IMG/VR virus record: IMGVR_UViG_3300028833_000088
Length of the DNA stretch: 58,005 bases
Direction: 5' to 3' (one strand)
Source: an uncultured virus (IMG/VR IMGVR_UViG_3300028833_000088)
Taxonomy: Duplodnaviria; Heunggongvirae; Uroviricota; Caudoviricetes
Made by a program: the position numbers and the translations under genes. The notes under the pieces are model-generated. The model was not told the origin of the DNA and made no database searches. It saw only the letters and a list, made by a program, of their open reading frames with translations. Below are positions 10,205-18,883 of this stretch, in pieces; within the stretch, counting starts at the first letter, position 1, and each line of letters begins with the position of its first letter.

Positions 10205-10244
10205 TAGATTGTATTTAGTTTTAGATTTTTAAATTCAATCATTC

Positions 10245-10286
10245 TAGACAGGTATTAAAATAAATATTTAATATCTGTCTATTTTT
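10245..10286 (+). terminator. Intrinsic terminator after capsid gene
   Basis: TAGACAGGTATTAAA...TTTAATATCTGTCTA followed by T5. Confidence 0.7.
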
Positions 10287-10287
10287 A

Positions 10288-10314
10288 TGTTATAATTTTA
10301 TATATTATAATAGA
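10288..10314 (+). promoter_or_regulatory. Putative phage late promoter
   Basis: TGTTATAATTTTATATATTATAATAGA. Confidence 0.6.
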
Positions 10315-10351
10315 TAGAATATTATATAGTAAATTTTAAAAGGAGGAAATT

Positions 10352-10915
10352 ATGGAAAAAACATATAATGCTAGATTATCTTTTAAAGGAGAAGGAAGTT
10401 TTACTTTTGCATTACCTAAAAAAGGAGAAACTACAATATATGCAGGAAGAGATATTTATGTAAAAGGATTAACTGCAGAGGCTGTTGAATATTTAAGAAC
10501 TCTTAGAGTTGTTTCATTAGAACATACTTTAAATGCTAAACCTGATGGTTGTTATATGGTTATTGATCTTAATGAATTATCTCCTATAAAACCATTTAGA
10601 AGAATAGTAGATACTGATAGAAAAGTATCTGTTGCTGATTTAAAAGCATCTTTAACTAAAGCCCCTATTACAGATGAAGAGTTAAATGCTAAATCTAGCA
10701 ACTCAGAAATGGATGCTATAGTAGATGATACATTAAAAGAAATATCTGAAGAGAATTTAGAAGCTGAGTCATTTGATGAACCAGAAACAAGTACTGGAGA
10801 TATGCCTACTAATGAACCAAAAACAGAAGCTCCTGAAGAACCTAAAAAAGCAGAAAATAAAACTTCTAAAGGTAGAGCTAAAAGTAATAAATCAAAAAAT
10901 AAAAATAAAAAATAA
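10352..10915 (+). CDS. Hypothetical protein with acidic then basic low-complexity C-terminus
   Basis: Strong SD (AGGAGG); follows the capsid gene. Confidence 0.55.
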   Translation: MEKTYNARLSFKGEGSFTFALPKKGETTIYAGRDIYVKGLTAEAVEYLRTLRVVSLEHTLNAKPDGCYMVIDLNELSPIKPFRRIVDTDRKVSVADLKASLTKAPITDEELNAKSSNSEMDAIVDDTLKEISEENLEAESFDEPETSTGDMPTNEPKTEAPEEPKKAENKTSKGRAKSNKSKNKNKK

Positions 10916-10928
10916 TAGAGAGGTTACA

Positions 10929-11582
10929 ATGGTAGATTCAGAGATTAAAGATTATGTAAAATCTCAGTTAGGAAGTAGTATAGTAGATGTTGAAATATCT
11001 GATAAAGATTTCAATATATTTATAAAAGATGCTTTAGATACAGTAGCACCTTATTATGAAGGACATAGATTTGTACAAGCATCAGGTAAAGTTATTGATT
11101 TATCAAATCATCGTCCATTAGCGATTGAAAAGGTATATAATATTTCAGACGATCAAACTGTGTCTCTTCAAGAATATGCTTTCGGAGGTTCTGGTATAGT
11201 TTTATACGATACTTCTTTCATGAATAGAATTGTATCATATACAGCATTTAAAATGTTGTGGAATGAGATTCAATTTCAAAAAGGAATGAATTATAAGCTA
11301 ATAGATAATACTTTATATTTAGATGAGTATCAACCTTCTGTTCTTATAGATATGTTAGTAAGACCTTTAGTATCATCTGATATTGAAGAGTCATCAATGT
11401 ATTGTCCATGGGTTAAGAAGTGGGTACTTGCTGACTGTAAGGAAGCATTAGGAAGAATAAGAGGTAAGTTTACAGTTGATGGAAGTCCTTATCAATTAGA
11501 TAGTGCTGCTTTATTACAAGAATCTATTAGTGAAAAAGCTGAATTAAAATCTGAGTTAATGGGAGAAATTTTTGTAGTATAA
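10929..11582 (+). CDS. Neck/head-tail adaptor protein (T4 gp13-like)
   Basis: Start reassigned to ATG 10929 (GAGAGG SD); IKDYVKSQLG...VDVEI and WVKKWVLADCKEALGRIRGKF match gp13-like neck proteins. Confidence 0.75.
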   Translation: MVDSEIKDYVKSQLGSSIVDVEISDKDFNIFIKDALDTVAPYYEGHRFVQASGKVIDLSNHRPLAIEKVYNISDDQTVSLQEYAFGGSGIVLYDTSFMNRIVSYTAFKMLWNEIQFQKGMNYKLIDNTLYLDEYQPSVLIDMLVRPLVSSDIEESSMYCPWVKKWVLADCKEALGRIRGKFTVDGSPYQLDSAALLQESISEKAELKSELMGEIFVV

Positions 11583-11609
11583 TAAATTTATAAAGAAAGG
11601 AAGATTAAA

Positions 11610-11981
11610 ATGAGGTCTGATACAAATAAGATTATTAAAGTTTTAACTGAAGGTGAAACTAATCCAGATACTGGTAAAGTTTACTTTGATGAAGATGATG
11701 CTGAATATTTTAAACAATTTTTGGAGCCATTTGCTACAGTTGTAATTGGATCAAAAATATCTGATTTTTATGATGATACAGGATTATTACTTATTAGATC
11801 AAATGGAAATGAGTATATTAATCCACCTCGTGAAATAGGAGATGGTGATAATCCATTTAATATTACTCAAGCTTTTATAGATAAAGTAGAAGAGTATTGT
11901 GCTAAAAAATATCCAAATGCTAGAGTAGATTGTAATAATAATGCATCTACATTTTGGATGTATGAAAAGATGGGGAGGTAG
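11610..11981 (+). CDS. Hypothetical, probable internal head protein
   Basis: N-terminal MRSDTNKIIKVLTEG shared with neighbouring genes. Confidence 0.5.
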   Translation: MRSDTNKIIKVLTEGETNPDTGKVYFDEDDAEYFKQFLEPFATVVIGSKISDFYDDTGLLLIRSNGNEYINPPREIGDGDNPFNITQAFIDKVEEYCAKKYPNARVDCNNNASTFWMYEKMGR

Positions 11982-11984
11982 ACT

Positions 11985-12227
11985 ATGGTAAAAGATACTA
12001 TTAAATTTTTAAATAATTTAAATGAGTCTACTCAATATAATACTAAATCAAAAGATGAATTTGAAACTATAGATGATTATAAAAGTGCAATTCATGATGA
12101 TATATCAGTAATAAGAAGTACAATTGAAGATTTAAAACATAAAATGAATACTGATGAATCAGTAGAAATTTTAAATAGTTATATAGATAAAATATCAAGT
12201 GATATACTATCTAAAGCATACAATTAA
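11985..12227 (+). CDS. Hypothetical, probable internal head protein
   Basis: N-terminal MVKDTIKFLNNLNES. Confidence 0.5.
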   Translation: MVKDTIKFLNNLNESTQYNTKSKDEFETIDDYKSAIHDDISVIRSTIEDLKHKMNTDESVEILNSYIDKISSDILSKAYN

Positions 12228-12247
12228 TTTTATGAAAGGAGAAATCA

Positions 12248-13204
12248 ATGAGAAAAGATACTATAAGTATTTTAAGTACCTTAAATGAATCTGCATTAAA
12301 TGAAAAGATTAATAAGGATAACATAGAAATTAATAGAGCTATCGCTAATCCTAACTTAGGAAAGAATAAAGATAAAATTAAAGCTGCTGGATATGATATT
12401 AATACTGATGATAATGGAAAAGCATATTCAGTTAAAAATAACAAAACAGGAAAAACTATTTATCCATCAGATTATAATAAAGATGAAAAAGGAAAAGTAG
12501 ATTTTAAAGGTAAGTTAGATTCAAACAGAAAAAATATGAATAAATCAACTAGATATAATCATGATATAAGAAATGATAAAATACCTAAATCAGCTAAAAT
12601 TGGAAAATATAAAGGTTTTTCTCAATATAATCAAGATGAAATACAGAGTTATTCTCCTTCTTACGCAGATACAGATAAAAAATCTATTTCTAAAAATGTT
12701 AATGACTACAAAGACGCTGTAAAAAATAGAGATGAAAAAACAAGATGGGCAAAGAGTGATAGAGAAAGTTTAAAATATTATGAAGATAAAGTTAAAAAAG
12801 CTCAAGATGATTTAAATAGAGAAAAAGAATATATTAATAAATATGAAAAAGAGGCTAAAGATTCAGAGAATAAAAGAAAAGAAATTTTATCTAAAGTAAG
12901 AGGTAAAAAGAACGAATCAGAAGAAATGTTAAAAGAAGCTTTAGTTCCTGTATCAGAATTACCTGATATGTGCTATGGAGTTTTACCAACAGATGCTTCT
13001 ATAATCATAATTAAAAAAGGTGAGACAGGATATTATTTAACAAATAAAGGTTATGAGAAAGAATATGAAGATATAGAAGATTGGAACGAAAGAAATGATA
13101 AAGCAGATGAAGTTGCTAATAGATTAAATGCTCAAATTGATGTAACTCCAGAACAAAGATTATCTATGGAACTTAGAAGTATGAATGGTAATTGGAATGA
13201 TTAG
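12248..13204 (+). CDS. Basic, probable internal head protein with distinct C-terminal domain
   Basis: N-terminal MRKDTISILSTLNESALNE; after MLKEA a globular LPDMCYG...IKKGETGYY...SMNGNW domain. Confidence 0.55.
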   Translation: MRKDTISILSTLNESALNEKINKDNIEINRAIANPNLGKNKDKIKAAGYDINTDDNGKAYSVKNNKTGKTIYPSDYNKDEKGKVDFKGKLDSNRKNMNKSTRYNHDIRNDKIPKSAKIGKYKGFSQYNQDEIQSYSPSYADTDKKSISKNVNDYKDAVKNRDEKTRWAKSDRESLKYYEDKVKKAQDDLNREKEYINKYEKEAKDSENKRKEILSKVRGKKNESEEMLKEALVPVSELPDMCYGVLPTDASIIIIKKGETGYYLTNKGYEKEYEDIEDWNERNDKADEVANRLNAQIDVTPEQRLSMELRSMNGNWND

Positions 13205-13213
13205 GAGGATATT

Positions 13214-14140
13214 ATGAGAAAAGATACAATTAATTTTTTAAATAAATTAAATGAGTCTCAAAAGTTAGAAGAAAAAAGAAATCCAGAAAATGATGAAGCT
13301 AATGATTTAATAAGAAAATCTTTATCATCAGATGAATTTGCTAAGACTCATGCAACAGATTTAAGAAAACATGGAATAAAATATATTCCACCTGAAAAAG
13401 ATTGGCAAGGCGGAGCATTAGAAGGAAAACAAGGAAGAAGATTAGCTGTTACAACTTCTGATTTTAAAAAAGACGATGTTAGAAAAGTAACAGATAGATA
13501 TAATGATACTTATGCAAAAGGCTATGAAAATACTGATACATGGAAAGATGAAACAGACTTACATCAAAAAACATATGCTAAATCTAAAGAAGCTATTAAA
13601 AACGCTAAAAGAAATATGACAAGACAAACAAATAGAGTTGAAAAATTAAATAAAGCTGAAAAAGAAAATAAATGGGCATATGAAGATAAAGCACTTGATG
13701 CAAGAAGAAAACTTAGAGACTATAAAGAGACATTAGAAAAAGGAGTTAAAGCAGATTATAGTGATAGTGATAAAATTCATCCAGACGCTGATTTAAAAGG
13801 ATTTTTAAATGCTAAAAAACATTCAGATAGACCTTTACCTAGAGAAAAAGATCCTGAATATCAAAGAAATGGTGGAAGAGTTGCAGACCCTGCTAATAAA
13901 GACGTGGAAGACTATAAAAGTTTAAAATCTAATAAGGATTATTTAAATAGAGAAAAAGAAAGAAACAAAGAGTATGATGCACAAGACCAAGAAAGAATAG
14001 AAGACATGAAGAAAAGAGCAAAAGAAGATAAGAAAAGAAGAGATTCTCATATTAAATCAGCAGAAAAAAGAATTAATAAAGTAGATAAAAGAATTAACGA
14101 TAAATTAGATGCTTTTAGAAAGAGAATGAATAAACAATAG
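13214..14140 (+). CDS. Highly charged, probable internal head protein
   Basis: N-terminal MRKDTINFLNKLNESQKLEE; K/R-rich coiled coil. Confidence 0.55.
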   Translation: MRKDTINFLNKLNESQKLEEKRNPENDEANDLIRKSLSSDEFAKTHATDLRKHGIKYIPPEKDWQGGALEGKQGRRLAVTTSDFKKDDVRKVTDRYNDTYAKGYENTDTWKDETDLHQKTYAKSKEAIKNAKRNMTRQTNRVEKLNKAEKENKWAYEDKALDARRKLRDYKETLEKGVKADYSDSDKIHPDADLKGFLNAKKHSDRPLPREKDPEYQRNGGRVADPANKDVEDYKSLKSNKDYLNREKERNKEYDAQDQERIEDMKKRAKEDKKRRDSHIKSAEKRINKVDKRINDKLDAFRKRMNKQ

Positions 14141-14151
14141 GAGATAAATAT

Positions 14152-14715
14152 ATGACTGAAAAAGTTAGAGGTAAATTGTATCCTTCATATAAAGAAATTG
14201 AATATTATAGAAAGAATTTTGTTGAAGGAGCGAATCTTCAAGGTCGTTCTGGTTTACTATATCAAGTAGATACAGAAACTCAAGTATATACTGACGAAGT
14301 ATATACTTGGAAATCTCCTGTAAAGGTTTCATATTATTTAATAGAAAATCCTAGAAAGAATATTTTATTAAAATATGGATGGAATCCAGAAGATCAAAAT
14401 AGCAAACCTATACTTTGTTATTTAACTTTTAAAGATGAAGAAAATAATGATATATTTCCATCTGAAGGTGCTATACTTGAAATATCTACAAGATCTGATC
14501 CTCATACTGAAGATATTATGACTCAAAAATTCGATATTGTAAAAGTAGATACAGATTATGATTTAGCTATGTTTATATGTAATTTAGCTCCTCATAGAAC
14601 ACAGCTAAGACCTATAAATCCAAATCCTACTAATACAGATATGAATAATGAGAATAGATTTTTAGATAGAACTCTTATAGGAGAGGAAGATTTAATAGAT
14701 GATATTAATGAATAA
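14152..14715 (+). CDS. Putative head-closure/neck protein
   Basis: Position between gp13-like gene and tail completion genes; beta-rich. Confidence 0.4.
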   Translation: MTEKVRGKLYPSYKEIEYYRKNFVEGANLQGRSGLLYQVDTETQVYTDEVYTWKSPVKVSYYLIENPRKNILLKYGWNPEDQNSKPILCYLTFKDEENNDIFPSEGAILEISTRSDPHTEDIMTQKFDIVKVDTDYDLAMFICNLAPHRTQLRPINPNPTNTDMNNENRFLDRTLIGEEDLIDDINE

Positions 14716-15019
14716 TTCAAATACGAGTATATTATTTTCAAGTAATAATTTTTTAGATTATTATATACAAATGTGCAAAGTTAGTTTATCTAATAAAATA
14801 AGTAATAATGATTTAAGTATTGCTCAATTATTATCTTTATATGATTTAAAAGACATTATGAGTGCTTTAGATACAATCAAAACAGATAGTAATAATAATA
14901 TATATGTAGATGACCAAAGTAATGAATCTAAAATTATAAGATATTTAGAGTATGGCGGTGAAGGAGTAAAATCTCCACATTTATTTTCAGAAATAAATAA
15001 TAAATTTAAATTATATTAA
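14699..15019 (+). CDS. Hypothetical neck/tail completion protein
   Basis: YLEYGG...PHLF motif as in small neck proteins; synteny. Confidence 0.4.
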   Translation: MILMNNSNTSILFSSNNFLDYYIQMCKVSLSNKISNNDLSIAQLLSLYDLKDIMSALDTIKTDSNNNIYVDDQSNESKIIRYLEYGGEGVKSPHLFSEINNKFKLY

Positions 15020-15034
15020 GGAAGGAGAAAACTA

Positions 15035-15661
15035 ATGACTCATTCATCTTTTTCAGTTTATAGTGAAGCATTACAGAATTTATTTAAGAGTGTATTTAAT
15101 GGTGACGTTATTGTAAAACCTGCAAATGAATCATTTGAGTATGCTATAAAGCAATCTGATAATGATTTAAAGTTTCCATTTATTAGTTTTTATCCAGATA
15201 ATACTATGTATTTAGATAATAAAAATAATGCAATGCCTACATATACAGAAGGCATGCAGTATCAAAATCCTATGCCTATATATAATGAAGATGGTAGTTA
15301 TAAATCAACTAATGATAGATTATCAAAAAATGCAGAATATTTATATATATTAATAGGTTATCAAATTGATATTTGGGGTACAAATAGATATGATACTGAA
15401 ACGTTAATGAAAGAATTATTGTTTTGGTTATTACATAATCAGCAAGTTATTTCTAAATATAATGAAGAAGATTATTATTTTACTTTTTCATTAAATCCAG
15501 AAATAGTAGATAATTCTGATTTAACAACATATCAGACAAATGGTAAATTATATAGATACACATGTTCAATACAATTACAAGCAGCTTTAATTAGGAGTGA
15601 AAATTACTTTACAGTAATTAAACCTAATATAAAAGTAGAAGAATTAAAAGATAATAAATAA
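15035..15661 (+). CDS. Putative tail terminator/completion protein
   Basis: FPFISF, IGYQIDIWG, LYRYTCSIQL; directly upstream of sheath. Confidence 0.55.
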   Translation: MTHSSFSVYSEALQNLFKSVFNGDVIVKPANESFEYAIKQSDNDLKFPFISFYPDNTMYLDNKNNAMPTYTEGMQYQNPMPIYNEDGSYKSTNDRLSKNAEYLYILIGYQIDIWGTNRYDTETLMKELLFWLLHNQQVISKYNEEDYYFTFSLNPEIVDNSDLTTYQTNGKLYRYTCSIQLQAALIRSENYFTVIKPNIKVEELKDNK

Positions 15662-15674
15662 AGGAGGTAAACAC

Positions 15675-17168
15675 ATGTTACCAAGAGTTAACGTAAACGT
15701 TGGTGAAGAAACACTATTAACTGCAAACACACAAATTCCTTTTATTCCTGTAGTAATACTAAAAACTAAATCAGGACCAATAGGTACAATTGAAACTGTT
15801 ACTAGTGAATCAGAATTTATAGAAAAATTTGGAAAGTCTGATTATACTGTTCCAGCAGCTTATGCACTACAATTATATTTAAGAAGTTATAGCTTTGTAT
15901 ATGTTACAAGAGTTGCAAATACAAGTTCTGCAGCTTTAGGAACAGGAACTATGACATCTACTGATTATGATTTATTAAGAGTTAGTACAGATTATAAGAC
16001 AGATTTATTTAATGGAAAAGAAATTAAATTAGTTTATGATGCAGATAATCAAAAACTTTGGTTAGATGTATCAGCTATAACTGGAAGAACAACAATTTCA
16101 GTAAAACAATCTTACGCAGCAGATACTGCAAAAGCAGATGATTTGGAAGCAGCTTTAAATGTATTAGTTACTTCAATTAATGCTTCTGGATTAGGAATAA
16201 CATTAACAAACTTATTTGTTAATAAAACAGCTACAGATCGTCTTCCAAGTGCAGCTAATTTAACAGCTGGTGTAAGTACATATATTAGTTCAGGAAATTC
16301 AGGAAATGATGTTGCTGTAGATAATTCTGTAGTAAACAGTCTTATAGATTTATATGACCAAGATATTGATATTGATTTAATGGTAGTTCCTGAATATACA
16401 AATTATACTGTAGTAAATCATGCTTCTGATTTAGCTTTAAGAAGAAACTTCTTAGTTGCTACATCTGTACCAAGTACTAGTGTATCAGATGCTATATCAG
16501 CAGTAGCTAACTTTGAGAAGAATAATAGAGGAAGTGTAGCAGTATATTTCCCAGATGTATATTATACAGACTTTACAGATAATAATGGAAATCTAAAAGC
16601 TATTCCTGCTAGTATGGCTGTTCTATCTACATATGCAAGAACAGATATGGGAAATAAATGGGGAGCACCTGCAGGTGTTACAAGAGGTACATTATCATTA
16701 GTAAATAGTTTAACTGTATCTTTAACAGAGGAAGATTTAACTGATTTATATGATAATGAAATTCCTATTAATGGTATTAATTATATCTCTGGAAGAGGAT
16801 ATGTAGTATGGGGAAATAAAACAACTTCTTCTGATTCAGCATTCTTTGATAGAATTAATGTAGCAAGATTAACTAAATATGTAACAAAACAAGCTTACTA
16901 CATTTCATATGCATATTTATTCGAACCAATAACTCAGTATGTATTTACTGATTGGACAATGAAAATATCTAAATTATTAGAAGAAATTAAGACTGGATAT
17001 GGAATAGATAATTATGAAGTTATAATGGATACTTCTATAAATACAGCTGTAACTATTGCTGCAAATCAATTAAATGGTATTATTAGAATTAAACCACAAG
17101 AAGTTGCAGAATATATCAATATAGATTTGACAGTAACAGATACTATAGCAGTAGAAGTAGAAGAATAA
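15675..17168 (+). CDS. Tail sheath protein
   Basis: GPIG..SESEFIEKFG, WGAPAGVTRG, VVWGNKT, RINVARL, FEP, IKPQEVAEYI. Confidence 0.93.
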   Translation: MLPRVNVNVGEETLLTANTQIPFIPVVILKTKSGPIGTIETVTSESEFIEKFGKSDYTVPAAYALQLYLRSYSFVYVTRVANTSSAALGTGTMTSTDYDLLRVSTDYKTDLFNGKEIKLVYDADNQKLWLDVSAITGRTTISVKQSYAADTAKADDLEAALNVLVTSINASGLGITLTNLFVNKTATDRLPSAANLTAGVSTYISSGNSGNDVAVDNSVVNSLIDLYDQDIDIDLMVVPEYTNYTVVNHASDLALRRNFLVATSVPSTSVSDAISAVANFEKNNRGSVAVYFPDVYYTDFTDNNGNLKAIPASMAVLSTYARTDMGNKWGAPAGVTRGTLSLVNSLTVSLTEEDLTDLYDNEIPINGINYISGRGYVVWGNKTTSSDSAFFDRINVARLTKYVTKQAYYISYAYLFEPITQYVFTDWTMKISKLLEEIKTGYGIDNYEVIMDTSINTAVTIAANQLNGIIRIKPQEVAEYINIDLTVTDTIAVEVEE

Positions 17169-17188
17169 ATAAAGGAGGTAATTTTTAA

Positions 17189-17719
17189 ATGGCAACAATT
17201 AATTATACAAGTGCAGGAAAAGAATTAACAGCTACTAGATTTAACACTAAGAAATTTCAATTACAAAGAAAAAATCATTTTGAAGTACAATTCGATAGTG
17301 ACTTTATAGATCCAGAATTAAGATTTATGCTTGTATCTTTTCCATTACCTAAAGAAAATACAGAAGCATCTGATATAAATTATTTCAACCAAACAATTAA
17401 AGTTGGAGGAAAAACAACTTTTGAAAATACAACAATGATTTTAAGAGATGCTATTCAATATGATACAGAACAAAAATTCTTAGCTTGGAGAAAGAAAGTA
17501 TATGATCCTCAAACTGGTACTATGGGATTAGCTGCAGATTACAAATGCGATGCTACTGTTTATGAATATACTCCTAACAAAGAAGAGTATAGAACATGGA
17601 GAGTAGTTGGATGCTGGCCATCTTCAATAGATTACGGAGAGCTTACATATGATGATGGTGGAGAAAAACAACTTTCTGTAGGTATAACATATGATTATGC
17701 TTATAGATCAGATTTATAA
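17189..17719 (+). CDS. Tail tube protein (T4 gp19-like)
   Basis: RKNHFEV, AWRKKVYDPQTG, YKCDA, GCWPSSIDYGELTYD, ITYDY. Confidence 0.9.
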   Translation: MATINYTSAGKELTATRFNTKKFQLQRKNHFEVQFDSDFIDPELRFMLVSFPLPKENTEASDINYFNQTIKVGGKTTFENTTMILRDAIQYDTEQKFLAWRKKVYDPQTGTMGLAADYKCDATVYEYTPNKEEYRTWRVVGCWPSSIDYGELTYDDGGEKQLSVGITYDYAYRSDL

Positions 17720-17743
17720 TAAATTTTATTATAAATCATGACA

Positions 17744-17792
17744 CCAGAATAAACACACAAGCATTTTTATATTAAAGCTAATATATTATATT
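17744..17792 (+). repeat. Dispersed ~50-bp intergenic element, copy B
   Basis: CCAGAATAAACACACAAGCATTTTTATATTAAAGCTAATATATTATAT. Confidence 0.55.
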
Positions 17793-17796
17793 GATT

Positions 17797-17832
17797 AAAA
17801 ATAGCAAACAGACGTATTTGTTTGCTATTTTT
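17797..17832 (+). terminator. Intrinsic terminator after tube gene (possibly bidirectional)
   Basis: AAAAATAGCAAACAGA-cgta-TTTGTTTGCTATTTTT. Confidence 0.75.
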
Positions 17833-17833
17833 G

Positions 17834-17860
17834 TGTTTATATTTTATATATTATAATAGA
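17834..17860 (+). promoter_or_regulatory. Putative phage late promoter
   Basis: TGTTTATATTTTATATATTATAATAGA. Confidence 0.6.
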
Positions 17861-17916
17861 AGATATTTATTATAAATTATATAGAATATTAAATAATAAT
17901 TTTAGGAGGAATAAAA

Positions 17917-18651
17917 ATGGAATCTTACGAGAAAACAGTCAGAATACCAAGTAATGGGTATTTTGGTAATTTAAAAGAAATTACATTAAGAGCAATGACT
18001 ACTAAGGAAGAGAAAATATTATTAACATCAAGAGATTTTTCTGTATTTAAAAGATTAATTTCTTCTTGTTGCATTAAACCAAAAGATCTAGATATTGATT
18101 TACTACATCAAAATGATATTATGTATTTGATATACGCATTAAGACAATTAACATTCGGAGATACTTATGTTCAAGAAAGTAAATGTCCTGAATGCGGTGC
18201 TAACAATTCAATAGAGATTAATATTTCAGAGATGGATGTTGATTTTCTAGATACTGATAATATAGAAGAAAAACTTAAAGTTAAATTACCAGTAAACGGT
18301 GATACTTTACAATTAAAATTATTAAGTTCTGGAGATAATGAAAAATTAGATAGAATTATTAAACAGAAATCTGCTAAAGGAAGATTGCAAGATCCTGATT
18401 CTTATAGAATAACTTTAGGATTGATGGAATTAATTGTATCTAGAAATGATGAAGATTTTAAAGATGAAGAAGAAAAGAGAAATTACGTAGATAATCTTCA
18501 TATGAAAGACTTATTAGTTATTAATAATGCTATTAACAAAGTATCAAATTTTGGTTTAGATAATAATGTTATTAGAGTTTGTGAGAATTGTGGAGAGGAA
18601 ATTACGGTGGCTGGGATAATATGCCCTGAATTTTTTCGTCCTAGTATATAG
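17917..18651 (+). CDS. Baseplate hub assembly / tail assembly chaperone (T4 gp26-like)
   Basis: IPSNG, LRAMTTKEEKIL, DIMYLIYALR..TFG, CPECG, CENCG...EFFRP; between tube and tape measure. Confidence 0.8.
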   Translation: MESYEKTVRIPSNGYFGNLKEITLRAMTTKEEKILLTSRDFSVFKRLISSCCIKPKDLDIDLLHQNDIMYLIYALRQLTFGDTYVQESKCPECGANNSIEINISEMDVDFLDTDNIEEKLKVKLPVNGDTLQLKLLSSGDNEKLDRIIKQKSAKGRLQDPDSYRITLGLMELIVSRNDEDFKDEEEKRNYVDNLHMKDLLVINNAINKVSNFGLDNNVIRVCENCGEEITVAGIICPEFFRPSI

Positions 18652-18871
18652 TAAAGATTTTGTTGAAACACCTGAGAATAGTGAGATATTTGAATCTTAT
18701 GTAGATTACGTTATTGCTAGGTATAACAATACTGTTAATGAGCAATTATATCTTATGGATGAAGGTGTTTCTTTTTTATATACAGATACAATCGATGCTC
18801 AAACAAGAGAAGATTTGATTAATCAAATAAGCGAATGGAGACAAGAACATAAAAAACCATCACTTTTATAG
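18620..18871 (+). CDS. Start-less ORF (gp51-like / chaperone extension), probably reached by frameshift from the upstream gene
   Basis: 83 open codons in the +1 frame overlapping GAA TTT TTT CGT; YNNTVNEQLYLMDEGVSFLYTDTIDAQTREDLINQISEW; stop lies just before the tape measure SD. Confidence 0.65.
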   Translation, partial: YALNFFVLVYSKDFVETPENSEIFESYVDYVIARYNNTVNEQLYLMDEGVSFLYTDTIDAQTREDLINQISEWRQEHKKPSLL

Positions 18872-18883
18872 GAAGGAGGAATA

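Noticed and set aside
10773..10928. N-terminal extension of the neck protein ORF
   Set aside because: Overlaps the upstream gene; ATG 10929 has an SD and begins the gp13-like sequence
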